54,701 bases of DNA, taken from contig CAKSCN010000002.1 in NCBI GenBank assembly GCA_934444485.1, positions 1 to 54,701 on the forward strand, written 5' to 3'. The stretch's first letter is position 1, and each line of letters begins with the position of its first letter. This document shows, one piece after another, positions 45,204 to 54,120 of the stretch. This DNA is from an uncultured Eubacteriales bacterium (GTDB lineage: Bacteria > Bacillota > Clostridia > Oscillospirales > CAG-382). The position numbers and the translations under genes were made by a program. The notes beneath the pieces were generated by a model, which saw nothing but the letters and a program-made list of their open reading frames with translations, was not told where the DNA came from and made no database searches.

Positions 45204-47533
45204 AAAACGAAAATGTTTGCGGCACCGAAAAAGCCTGCGGCGGCTGTGCCTGCGGAAAGTGCGGCTGTGCGTCGTGTACGTGCGAAAACAAATGTAAAAA
45301 ATCTCACCGCACCGACTGTGACGTGAATGCACCGTGCAAGGGGACAAAGACTGTAGACTTTGTCAAGGCAAGGCAGACGGAGCCATGCAGAGAGACGAAG
45401 CTTATTGCCCTTGCAGAGGCAAGGCGTACGGAGCCGTGTAGAGGGACTAAGCTCATTGCCCTTGCCGGAAATCCGAACGTCGGAAAAAGCACGGTTTTCA
45501 ACGCTCTCACCGGCATGAAACAGCACACCGGCAACTGGACGGGAAAGACCGTTGCGAGTGCAAGGGGACGATTTACGGTCGGCGACAGATCGTTTGAAAT
45601 AGAGGATATCCCCGGAACATATTCGCTTTGCGCACACTCGAGCGAGGAGGAGGTGGCACGCAATTTTCTGTGCTTCGGAGGTGCGGACGCCGTTGTGACT
45701 GTCTGCGATGCGACCTGCCTTTCACGCAACATGATTCTCTTGCTTCAGATACTCGAGGTGACTGGGAAAGTTGTCTGCTGCGTAAACCTCATGGACGAAG
45801 CACGGCGAAAGGGAATACACCCCGACCTTGACCTGCTCTCGGAAAGACTCGGAATACCGGTTGTGGGAGCGTCGGCACGTGACAAAAGAACGCTTTCGGC
45901 GCTCACGGAGACCCTCGCCGCAGAAGCCGACAGAGATTTCGGAGAACGTGCGCCGCTTTCGGTCGAGTACAGTAGACCTATCGAGGAAGCGCTCTCCGCT
46001 CTCGCTCCGACCGTAGCACGTGTGTGCGGACTGCGGATAAATCCACGGTGGCTTTCGTTAAAGCTTCTGGAGAGGGATGCGTCGTTTGAAAGTGAGCTTC
46101 ACCGCTTTTTCGGCTTCGGACTCTACGAAAACGAAGAGATTGCCGCCGCTCTCGACGACGCCGAAGCACTCCTTGAAAAGGGCGGAGTAACCTCACCCGA
46201 AAAGCTCTCGGAACTCTGCGCCGAAACTGTTGTGAAGCACGCCGAAAGGCTCTGCGAGGGAGTCGTCGCCTCGGACGAAAGCTCTTTCGGAAGCTATTCC
46301 GCACGTGACAGAGCCGCCGACCGCATACTTACGGGAAAATTTACGGCGTTTCCCGTTATGGCGCTGTTCTTTGCGTTTATCTTCTGGCTGACGATAAGCG
46401 GCGCAAACTACCCCTCGCAGCTTTTGTCCGAGTTTTTCTTCTCGGTCGGAGACAGGCTTCTTGCGGCGCTTACCGCACTCGGTACACCGGCGATTGTCAC
46501 CGACATACTCATAGGCGGAGTGTACAACGTCCTTGCGTGGGTGGTATCGGTCATGCTTCCGCCGATGGCGATATTCTTTCCGCTGTTCACGCTTCTCGAG
46601 GACGTCGGTTATCTTCCCCGTTTTGCCTACAACCTCGACCGACCGTTCAGAGCCTGCCGTGCCTGCGGAAAACAGGGTCTCACCATGTGCATGGGCTTCG
46701 GGTGCAACGCCGTCGGAGTTACCGGGTGCAGGATAATCGATTCTCCCCGTGAGAGACTGCTTGCGGTTTTGACAAATGTGTTCGTCCCGTGCAACGGCAG
46801 ACTCCCGGCACTTGCGGCAGTTACGGCGATGTTCTTTACCGTGGGAGTCGGCGTCGGTGCGTCGGCGGTGTCGGCGGTTGTGATGACGTCGTTTATCGCA
46901 CTCGGCGTTGCCGTGACCTTCGGCGTGACACGGCTTCTTTCACAGACACTTCTTCGCGGCGTGCCGTCGTCGTTCACCCTTGAGCTTCCGCCCTACCGTA
47001 AGCCGCAGTTTCTCAAGATTCTGACACGCTCCGTGTTCGACCGCACTCTTTTTGTCCTCGGACGTGCGGTGTGCGTCGCCGCTCCTGCCGGACTTGTCAT
47101 CTGGATTCTTGCGAATGTTTCGGTCGGCGGAGAGAGCCTTTTACACACGGCGTCGGAATTTCTTGATCCCCTTGGGCGCATAATGGGACTTGACGGAGTG
47201 CTTCTGCTTGCGTTTATCCTCGGCTTCCCGGCAAACGAGATTGTGCTTCCCATTGCGATAATGGCGTATACCGGAACGTCAACTCTTGCGGAACTGTCGT
47301 CATACGCCGAGATGAGGGCGATTTTTGCCGCCAACGGCTGGACGGGCGTCACTGCGGTGTGCGTGCTTCTCTTCACGCTCTTTCACTTCCCCTGCTCGAC
47401 AACGCTTCTTACAGTGAAAAAGGAGACGGGAAGTGTGAAGTATACCTTCCTTGCCGCCGTTATCCCCACCGCCGTCGGTTTTCTTCTCTGTACTGCGGTG
47501 AACCTTGCGGCGCATTTGCTCGGATTGGTCTAA
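45200..47533 (+). CDS. feoB: Ferrous iron transporter FeoB with a Cys-rich N-terminal extension
   Basis: G1 motif GNPNVGKST, DIPGTYS and NLMD motifs, and a polytopic C-terminal permease. The GTG start overlaps the feoA stop (GTGA) after GGGGGTGAGGA. The first ~95 aa are an unusual extension. Confidence 0.9.
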   Translation: MKNENVCGTEKACGGCACGKCGCASCTCENKCKKSHRTDCDVNAPCKGTKTVDFVKARQTEPCRETKLIALAEARRTEPCRGTKLIALAGNPNVGKSTVFNALTGMKQHTGNWTGKTVASARGRFTVGDRSFEIEDIPGTYSLCAHSSEEEVARNFLCFGGADAVVTVCDATCLSRNMILLLQILEVTGKVVCCVNLMDEARRKGIHPDLDLLSERLGIPVVGASARDKRTLSALTETLAAEADRDFGERAPLSVEYSRPIEEALSALAPTVARVCGLRINPRWLSLKLLERDASFESELHRFFGFGLYENEEIAAALDDAEALLEKGGVTSPEKLSELCAETVVKHAERLCEGVVASDESSFGSYSARDRAADRILTGKFTAFPVMALFFAFIFWLTISGANYPSQLLSEFFFSVGDRLLAALTALGTPAIVTDILIGGVYNVLAWVVSVMLPPMAIFFPLFTLLEDVGYLPRFAYNLDRPFRACRACGKQGLTMCMGFGCNAVGVTGCRIIDSPRERLLAVLTNVFVPCNGRLPALAAVTAMFFTVGVGVGASAVSAVVMTSFIALGVAVTFGVTRLLSQTLLRGVPSSFTLELPPYRKPQFLKILTRSVFDRTLFVLGRAVCVAAPAGLVIWILANVSVGGESLLHTASEFLDPLGRIMGLDGVLLLAFILGFPANEIVLPIAIMAYTGTSTLAELSSYAEMRAIFAANGWTGVTAVCVLLFTLFHFPCSTTLLTVKKETGSVKYTFLAAVIPTAVGFLLCTAVNLAAHLLGLV

Positions 47534-47638
47534 TGCTGTAGACTGCGGCTCGGCACATTCTGCCGCACAATAAATTAACTCCCCGATACAGAGGAACTGT
47601 CTGCGTCGGGGAAAACCTTGCATATTGGGTCGAATGCG

Positions 47639-48409
47639 TTAGACCTTGCTCTTTGCCGAGGCTTTTTTCACGGCTTCGGAATACTTTTTCGGCGTTGTTC
47701 CGAAGGTGCGTTTGAAAAGGCGTGAGAAGTACTCGACGTCCGCAAAGCCCGAAAGCTCCGCAAGACGTGCAACTCCGAGAGAGCCGCCGTAAACCGAGAT
47801 AAGCCTTGCGGCATGTTCCGCTCTCAGGCGGTTTACGTACTCCACCGGCGTTTTTCCGAGGCGGCGTCTGAAGCATTCACGTATGTAATCGACAGCATAT
47901 CCGCTCTCCGAAAGAAGCTTCGACACACGAAAGTCAGTGTCGGCAAACGAGTATAGAATCTTTTCCTTTATTGCGTCAACCGCCTCGTCAACTCCGCTCT
48001 TGCGCTCAAGCCCCCGAACGAGAAATGCGGCGTATGCACCGATGAGCGCCGACGAAAACGCACCGCCGTCGGAGTCTGTACAGTCGGAGTTGCGGTAAAT
48101 CATTGCGGCGAGAGCGTGACCGTCGCCCGACGAATCCCTTATCACGGTGACGTCCTCAAAGACCGAGAGACCGCCGCCCGCTTCCTCGAGGCTCACCGAG
48201 ATGTTTCGGAAGGTGCCGCCCTCGGCGCATGAGCCGTGAAGTATTCCCGGAGGCACGACGATTATCGTCTTTTCGTCGAAGGGGTATTTTGCGGTTTCGG
48301 TCGCAAGGACGCCGTGTCCCTTTATGTAGCACATGACCTCGAAAAAATCGTGGCGGTGCATTACCCATTTTTCGACACCCTCGGGCGTGAGCGAAGCGGA
48401 GAATTTCAC
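47639..48409 (-). CDS. AraC family transcriptional regulator
   Basis: C-terminus VSKLLSESGYAVDYIRECFRRRLGKTPVEYVNRLRAEHAARLI...GFADVEYFSRLFKRTFGTTPKKY. GTG start after GAGGTGA. Confidence 0.85.
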   Translation of the reverse strand: MKFSASLTPEGVEKWVMHRHDFFEVMCYIKGHGVLATETAKYPFDEKTIIVVPPGILHGSCAEGGTFRNISVSLEEAGGGLSVFEDVTVIRDSSGDGHALAAMIYRNSDCTDSDGGAFSSALIGAYAAFLVRGLERKSGVDEAVDAIKEKILYSFADTDFRVSKLLSESGYAVDYIRECFRRRLGKTPVEYVNRLRAEHAARLISVYGGSLGVARLAELSGFADVEYFSRLFKRTFGTTPKKYSEAVKKASAKSKV

Positions 48410-48552
48410 GTCGTATCACCTCGTATAATATAGGTTTTGTACGGTTTTGCAGAGCTTTGGTTCTTGCCGTGTGCGGCGCAAAGTACTATAATCGTTAATG
48501 TAAAGAATACACTGTGCAAGAAAAATAAGACTATGCACTGAAAGGAAACACT

Positions 48553-49641
48553 ATGAAAAAATTCACAGGCTTTGAACACGGAATGGGAATGGGCGGATGG
48601 CTCACCAACTACAAGCGTCTCGGCATTCTTCCCGAAAAATGGAGACTTACGATAACCGAAGGCGACCTTGAACACTTCGACAGCTACATCACTGAAAAGG
48701 ATATAGAGTACATCGCCTCTCTCGGCATGGATCATATACGCCTCGGCTTTGACCAGATTGTAATGGAAGAAGAACCGTTCAAGTACCGTGAGAGAACTTT
48801 CCTCTGCATCGACCGCTTTATTGAGTGGTGCGGGAAGTACGGTCTCGGAATAGTGCTGAATATGCACAAGGCTGTCGGCAACTACTGCGACGTAAAAGAG
48901 GACAAGGAGCTTCTCGACGATGAAGAGCTTCAGGAGCGCTTTATCGCAATGTGGGTGTACTTCGAGAAGCGTTATCACGGCAAGCCCGACGTTATCTTTG
49001 AGCTTCTCAACGAGGTGCGCAACGTATCGCCCGACAAATGGAACGACCTCGCCGAAAAGACGATAAAGGCAATACGTGAGCTTAACCCCACACGCCGCAT
49101 TATCGTCGGCTCAACCTGCTGGAACTCGCCCGACACCCTGAGCGAACTTCGCCTTTACGACGACGAGAACGTAATCTACACGTTCCACTTCTACGAGCCG
49201 TTCGAGTTTACGCATCAGAGAGGCGTGCTTCAGCCGCCCTGCGCCTACTACAACCGTGAGATGCCGTACCCGGGAGATATCGAGAGATACCGTGATTTCC
49301 GCCGCTTCGTAAACGGTGAGGAAAACCCCTATCCCGACTACATCGCCGTTAACCGTGATATGCTTCACAGAAAGCTTAAAGCCGCTCTCGATTTTGCCGA
49401 CGCTCACCCCGACAAGATTTTGTGGTTCGGCGAATTCGGCACGATACGCCACGCAAACATAAAGTACCGTGAGGCATGGATGCGGGACGTCATTTCGATC
49501 GTCAAGGAAAAGGATATACCTTTCTGCGTCTGGAACTACCTCAGCACGCCATACGACGGCAACCGTTTCAGCCTTGTGGACGACGACAACCGCCGTATCG
49601 TGAGCGAAGAGATGGCGAAGATAATAAGAGGCGAGGTATAA
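48553..49641 (+). CDS. Glycoside hydrolase family 5
   Basis: Acid/base FELLNEV and nucleophile WFGEFG, in a TIM-barrel pattern. No signal peptide. Confidence 0.85.
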   Translation: MKKFTGFEHGMGMGGWLTNYKRLGILPEKWRLTITEGDLEHFDSYITEKDIEYIASLGMDHIRLGFDQIVMEEEPFKYRERTFLCIDRFIEWCGKYGLGIVLNMHKAVGNYCDVKEDKELLDDEELQERFIAMWVYFEKRYHGKPDVIFELLNEVRNVSPDKWNDLAEKTIKAIRELNPTRRIIVGSTCWNSPDTLSELRLYDDENVIYTFHFYEPFEFTHQRGVLQPPCAYYNREMPYPGDIERYRDFRRFVNGEENPYPDYIAVNRDMLHRKLKAALDFADAHPDKILWFGEFGTIRHANIKYREAWMRDVISIVKEKDIPFCVWNYLSTPYDGNRFSLVDDDNRRIVSEEMAKIIRGEV

Positions 49642-49703
49642 CCTTTGCTTTTGCGTGCCGCAGGGGAGTTTGACTGCATTTGCGATGCGCACATTTTAAA
49701 TAT

Positions 49704-49737
49704 CGGAGTGCTGAGACTTGCTGCGGCACTCCGTTTT
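49704..49737. terminator. Bidirectional terminator between the convergent GH5 and obg genes
   Basis: CGGAGTGC-N13-GCACTCCG followed by TTTTG on the plus strand and ATATTTAAAAT on the minus strand. Confidence 0.6.
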
Positions 49738-49738
49738 G

Positions 49739-51025
49739 TTATCTGTAATACTCAAATTCCGCACCGTAGATAGACACAATCTGACCTTCCTGTATGCCCT
49801 TTTCTTCGAGTGCGTCTATGACTCCGCTCTTTCGGAGTATTTTCTGGAAGTATGCGACCGACTCACGATCCGTGAAGTTTATGGAGTTGATGACGTTGAT
49901 TATTCTCGGAGCTTCGACGAAGAATGTGTCGTTCTCACGTGTGACGGTGATTTCCTCGCTTGCTTCGTCCGAGAACAGCTCTTCCTCGGGAACAACCTCC
50001 GTCTCAAACACCTTGAGAGGGGGAAGAGCCGAAAGCTTCTCGGCAATCATGCACGCAAGCTCGTCCGTACCCTCGGCAATCGCCGCACAGATGAAGATTA
50101 TGTCCCAGCCGTGCGCTTTTGCATATTCGGTGAGCCGCTTTTTGGTGTCCTCTTCGGTCATGTCAAGCTTGTTTCCAACGAGTATTCTCGGTCTCTCTGC
50201 AAGCTCAGGACTGTAAAGCTTAAGCTCCTCGCTTATCTTCTCGACGTCCTCTATGGGGTCTCGACCCTCACAGCCGGAGGCGTCAACAACGTGAACCAAA
50301 AGCCGACAGCGGTCAATGTGGCGCAGAAACTGATGACCGAGTCCGAGTCCCTCAGACGCTCCCTCAATAAGTCCCGGGAGGTCGGCGAGAACAAAGTTTC
50401 CGCACTTCGTCGATACCACGCCGAGCATGGGGGCAAGCGTTGTGAAGTGGTAGTCGGCAATCTTCGGCTTTGCGCTGCTGAGAACCGAGAGTATCGTCGA
50501 TTTGCCGGCACTCGGCATACCTACAAGACCTGCGTCGGCAAGCATCTTAAGCTCAAGCTCAACCTCAAGCTCACGTCCCTTGATGCCCGACTTTGCGAAG
50601 TTCGGAGTTTGCCTTGTGGGAGTGGCGAAGTGGGTGTTGCCGAAGCCACCCTTGCCGCCGGAGAGGAGAGTGAAGCCGCCCTTTTCGTCAACGTCGCTGT
50701 CCGACATATCCTTTATTATGCGTCCGCTCTCGGCGTCCTTGATTACTGTACCTCTCGGCACGGGAATGAGAAGATCGGGTGCGTTCTTTCCGTGGAACTT
50801 CGCCGCTTTGCCGTCCTCACCGTTTTCGGCAACGAACTTTCTTCTGTACTTGAACTTGAGAAGAGTGTTTTCGCCCTCGTCTATGACGAAAATTATACTG
50901 CCGCCCTTGCCGCCGTCGCCTCCGTCCGGACCGCCGTGGGAAACGTACTTTTCACGTCTGAACGAAACGCAGCCGTTGCCGCCGTTGCCGGATTTTACGT
51001 ATATTTTTACCTTATCTATAAACAT
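49739..51025 (-). CDS. obg: GTPase Obg/CgtA
   Basis: MFIDKVKIYVKSGNGGNGCVSFRREKYVSHGGPDGGDGGKGGSIIF, G motifs GMPSAGKST and DLPGLIEGA, and a C-terminal OCT domain. Confidence 0.95.
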   Translation of the reverse strand: MFIDKVKIYVKSGNGGNGCVSFRREKYVSHGGPDGGDGGKGGSIIFVIDEGENTLLKFKYRRKFVAENGEDGKAAKFHGKNAPDLLIPVPRGTVIKDAESGRIIKDMSDSDVDEKGGFTLLSGGKGGFGNTHFATPTRQTPNFAKSGIKGRELEVELELKMLADAGLVGMPSAGKSTILSVLSSAKPKIADYHFTTLAPMLGVVSTKCGNFVLADLPGLIEGASEGLGLGHQFLRHIDRCRLLVHVVDASGCEGRDPIEDVEKISEELKLYSPELAERPRILVGNKLDMTEEDTKKRLTEYAKAHGWDIIFICAAIAEGTDELACMIAEKLSALPPLKVFETEVVPEEELFSDEASEEITVTRENDTFFVEAPRIINVINSINFTDRESVAYFQKILRKSGVIDALEEKGIQEGQIVSIYGAEFEYYR

Positions 51026-51046
51026 TTTTCCGTCCTTTCTCTCTTA

Positions 51047-51084
51047 CAAAGAAATAAGGCTGCCCGGGATAGTTGCGGACAGCC
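51047..51084 (-). terminator. Hairpin/attenuator between rpmA and obg
   Basis: On the minus strand: GGCTGTCC-N11-GGGCAGCC followed by TTATTTCTTTG. Confidence 0.45.
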
Positions 51085-51114
51085 ATTTGGACTTTGTTTT
51101 GCTCGGCAGCGGAC

Positions 51115-51396
51115 TTACGCCTCAGTGTGAACGCTTACGCGCTTTCTTCCGCCTGCGATATGTTCAAACTTAACAACGCCCGCTTCAAGAGCAAAGAGCG
51201 TGTCATCGCTTCCGATACCGACATTCTTACCGGGGTGAATCTTTGTGCCGCGCTGTCTTACGATGATGTTGCCGGCGAGAACGGGCTGACCGTCTGCCTT
51301 CTTAACGCCGAGACGCTTGGACTCGGAATCTCTGCCGTTCTTGGTAGAGCCGACACCCTTTTTATGAGCAAAAAACTGAATTCCCAATCTCATCAT
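51115..51396 (-). CDS. rpmA: 50S ribosomal protein L27 with a cleavable N-terminal extension
   Basis: MMRLGIQFF|[23 protein letters not shown]... The ...QFF-A(S/H)KKG junction is the known Prp cleavage context in Firmicutes. Confidence 0.95.
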   Translation of the reverse strand: MMRLGIQFFAHKKGVGSTKNGRDSESKRLGVKKADGQPVLAGNIIVRQRGTKIHPGKNVGIGSDDTLFALEAGVVKFEHIAGGRKRVSVHTEA

Positions 51397-51749
51397 TGCA
51401 GTATCTTCCTTTCTGTAATTTTTACGTTTTCCGGATAGAGAGAACCCAAATCCGAAAGACGCTCCCGGAGTGTGGTGAGTATCTTTGCGATATCGTGACC
51501 TTTCGCCGAATTTGCGGCACAGTCCTCAATAACGCACTCAACGCACGCCGTGTCCTCCGAAACATCAAGCCTTGCTTTGACTCCGTATGCGTCGCACAAA
51601 AGCGACAGTGCAAACTCGACCGCCGACGAAATATAAGCGCACACAATGTCGCTTCCCTCGTCCGCATAGCCTGAGTGACCGCTCACACGGAACGCCGAAT
51701 AGCCGTACTTTTTATCGGGGACAAATTCGATAGTCGTCATGTGAATCAA
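51393..51749 (-). CDS. prp: Ribosomal-processing cysteine protease Prp
   Basis: Located between rplU and rpm[21 protein letters not shown] contains the His/Cys dyad region. Start is the TTG at 51749 (overlapping the rplU stop) or the ATG at 51740. Confidence 0.85.
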   Translation of the reverse strand: MIHMTTIEFVPDKKYGYSAFRVSGHSGYADEGSDIVCAYISSAVEFALSLLCDAYGVKARLDVSEDTACVECVIEDCAANSAKGHDIAKILTTLRERLSDLGSLYPENVKITERKILQ

Positions 51750-52057
51750 AGAGAGATCTTCTTGATCTGAAGCTTGGTATAGGGCTGTCTGTGACCCATC
51801 TTCTTCTTCTCGTTCTTCTTCGACTTGTACTTGATGATTGTAATCTTCTTAGCCTTGTCGTTCTTTACAACGTTTGCCTCAACCGTGCAACCGTCAACAT
51901 AAGGAGCGCCGACCTTGATACCGTCATCGCCGGAAACTGCAAGTACTGTATTGAGAGTTATGTCGGAGCCTGCTTCAACGCCGAGCTTTTCAACGTAGAT
52001 TACGTCTCCTTCGGAAACCTTGTACTGCTTTCCGCCTGTTTCTACAACTGCAAACAC
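51746..52057 (-). CDS. rplU: 50S ribosomal protein L21
   Basis: (M)[24 protein letters not shown]. The GTG at 52057 gives a canonical N-terminus. The track ATG at 52069 abuts the AAAGG RBS with no spacing. Confidence 0.9.
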   Translation of the reverse strand: MFAVVETGGKQYKVSEGDVIYVEKLGVEAGSDITLNTVLAVSGDDGIKVGAPYVDGCTVEANVVKNDKAKKITIIKYKSKKNEKKKMGHRQPYTKLQIKKISL

Positions 52058-52149
52058 GAAAAGCACCATCCTTTCTTTCTGTCTCGCTGAATCGGGACCG
52101 ACCGGTGCGTGACCCGTCGAATTTTTCTGCCCTTATCATGCGGCGATTT

Positions 52150-52178
52150 ATTATACCACTTTATAAATGCCGTGTCAA
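52150..52178 (-). promoter_or_regulatory. Consensus sigma-A promoter of the rplU-prp-rpmA operon
   Basis: On the minus strand: TTGACA (52178-52173), 17 nt, TATAAT (52155-52150). It leaves a 5-prime UTR of about 75-85 nt that may correspond to the Firmicute L21 leader (not verified). Confidence 0.65.
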
Positions 52179-52216
52179 CGGAATATCCGTAAGTTTTCCG
52201 CGGGTTCACGTTTTTT

Positions 52217-52900
52217 TTACATATCGGCAACGCCGCACGCTTCCTCGAGGTTGTTTACGGTGTAGGTTGCGCCGTTCGGTTCGGGAAAATTGCGTCCCCA
52301 TTCGACAAGGCACGTATCAATGCCGAACGCATCCCCACCCTTGATGTCGGTTGCGGGGGAGTCGCCTATCATGAGCGAGCGGCTCTTGTCAAAGTCACGT
52401 ATGCGCTCTGCGGCACGCTCAAAGAAGCGCACGTCGGGCTTTCTCTCGCCAAGCTCTTCGGAGGTGAATATATCCTCGAAGTACTTCTCCGTGCCGGACG
52501 CCGCAAGTCTCGAACGCTGCGTTTTTCCGATGCCGTTCGAGAGGATAAAGAGCCTGTGGTTTTCCGAGAGCTTTTCGAGAACCGTCGCCGCACCGGGCAT
52601 AAGGTCGTGTCCCTCGGACAAAAGACTTCTGTAGTATGCGTCCCATTCTGCACCGTCAACCGTGTGACCGAGACTCTGCATTGTGAGCGTGAAGCGGTTT
52701 GCAAGAATATCGGCGACCTCGATTTTGCCGCATTCGTAGTCGTGCCAGAGACGTAAATTTATCGAGCGGTAGAGCTTTTCGGTGTCGGCGTCGAACGGAA
52801 AACCGAACTTTTTGAACACGCACGGCAGCGACTCACGTTCGCTCTTGTCGAAGTCGAGAATTGTGTTGTCGAGGTCGAAGAGAAGTATGGGGTATTTCAT
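52217..52900 (-). CDS. HAD-IA hydrolase, YjjG-like nucleotidase
   Basis: Motif I LLFDLDNTILDF, then SNG, K-P, and motif IV MIGDSPATDIKGG. The ATG overlaps the stop of the upstream CARF-nuclease gene (ATGA). Confidence 0.85.
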   Translation of the reverse strand: MKYPILLFDLDNTILDFDKSERESLPCVFKKFGFPFDADTEKLYRSINLRLWHDYECGKIEVADILANRFTLTMQSLGHTVDGAEWDAYYRSLLSEGHDLMPGAATVLEKLSENHRLFILSNGIGKTQRSRLAASGTEKYFEDIFTSEELGERKPDVRFFERAAERIRDFDKSRSLMIGDSPATDIKGGDAFGIDTCLVEWGRNFPEPNGATYTVNNLEEACGVADM

Positions 52901-54120
52901 CTTTGCATCTTCCTTTCGTCCGTGGCGCAGATACTGCGGAGCTTTGCGATGAATTTTTCCGCAGAAATGACGTCGGTGTCGCCTATCACGGCAATTCCCA
53001 TGTTTTCGGCTCTTTCGAGGAGCGAGAGTCGTGCCGATTCGTTCGCACGGTCGGACGTTGTCACGAGTATCTTCACTGCGTGTTCGCCGCCGTAATGACG
53101 TGCCACGGTGTCAAGCTCGTAGAGTGCTTCCTTTTTTGCGCCGCCGTTCTTGCACGAGATGAATACCGGCACAAAGCCGTGCATGGCAACGACGTCGATT
53201 TCATTTTTCGTACCGCTCTGCGGAACGCCGTCCCAGTCTGCCGAAACGCTCACGGCAATGTCGCCGAAGAAGTCCTTTTCACATTCGGAGAGCATAACGG
53301 CGCACATATAGACGTAGTTTTCGAGAATGTTCCCGGCTTTCGACATACATGAGCGCACAAAATCGTTCTTGTAGCGGTAGGATATTCTGCCGTCGAAGAC
53401 ACGGTAGCCGCTCACAAGACCGGCGAGCATGAGGTCCGACATGAAGTTCACCGACGGAAGCTCGATGTTCTTAAAACGCTCGCTTTTTAAGTAGATGTTT
53501 ATTCTGTTTCCGTTTCTGCCGTACTGTTCGAGAGAAGAGAGCACGGAAATCTGCCTGTTCCAGAGCCTTGTGTCACGGCGGCAAATGCCCCACAGAGCGT
53601 TAATGTCACGCCTGTCGTTTTCGGAAAGCACCCTGCGGCAGTCGGAGTCACGCTCGCTCAAAACCGCACCGCCGTAAAGTGCGACCGATTCGCCGACCGA
53701 CAGACCTTCACGGTAAATTCGGGCGTGTTCGGCAAAGCTCTGCGCATTTTTAAGCGGCAGTACCGTCATGCCGTTTACGTCGGACTTCACCATGCAGAGC
53801 TTCATTACCTGCGCTACCGCACCGAAAGCCGCCGCAATAAGCTCGTCGCCTCCCGAGAGGTCGAACACGCAGCTGTCGGCGTACTTGTTTGCAATGTAGG
53901 CAACGGCACGCTCAATTTCGGTAAAGTCGCCGTGCGGCACATTGACGTACTCGACGAAGCGTGTGCCGGCGTTCTTTTTGAGAAAGCGTGTGAGAGCCGA
54001 ACGGCGAGACTCGGTCATTTCGTCGGCGTAGCCGATATAGACGGCACGCTCGGGTCGCAGGAGCATTACTCCGGCGGCATTTTCAAGCTGACAGGGGTCA
54101 AATAGTTCGATAAGTGTCAT
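52897..54120 (-). CDS. Card1/Can2-like protein: CARF-like N-terminal domain + PD-(D/E)xK nuclease domain (DUF1887-like)
   Basis: N-terminal FDLSGGDELIAAAFG resembles the CARF D-x-(T/S)-G-G motif. C-terminal NEIDVVAMHGFVPVFISCKNGGAKKEALYELDTVARHYGGEHAVKILVTT resembles the ExD...(E/S)CK nuclease core of DUF1887. RBS GGAGG. Confidence 0.6.
   Translation of the reverse strand: MTLIELFDPCQLENAAGVMLLRPERAVYIGYADEMTESRRSALTRFLKKNAGTRFVEYVNVPHGDFTEIERAVAYIANKYADSCVFDLSGGDELIAAAFGAVAQVMKLCMVKSDVNGMTVLPLKNAQSFAEHARIYREGLSVGESVALYGGAVLSERDSDCRRVLSENDRRDINALWGICRRDTRLWNRQISVLSSLEQYGRNGNRINIYLKSERFKNIELPSVNFMSDLMLAGLVSGYRVFDGRISYRYKNDFVRSCMSKAGNILENYVYMCAVMLSECEKDFFGDIAVSVSADWDGVPQSGTKNEIDVVAMHGFVPVFISCKNGGAKKEALYELDTVARHYGGEHAVKILVTTSDRANESARLSLLERAENMGIAVIGDTDVISAEKFIAKLRSICATDERKMQR

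Noticed and set aside
45200-45367. The Cys-rich stretch as a separate small gene upstream of feoB.
   Set aside because: It is in the same frame as feoB with no intervening stop codon. The only good RBS and start is the GTG coupled to the feoA stop.
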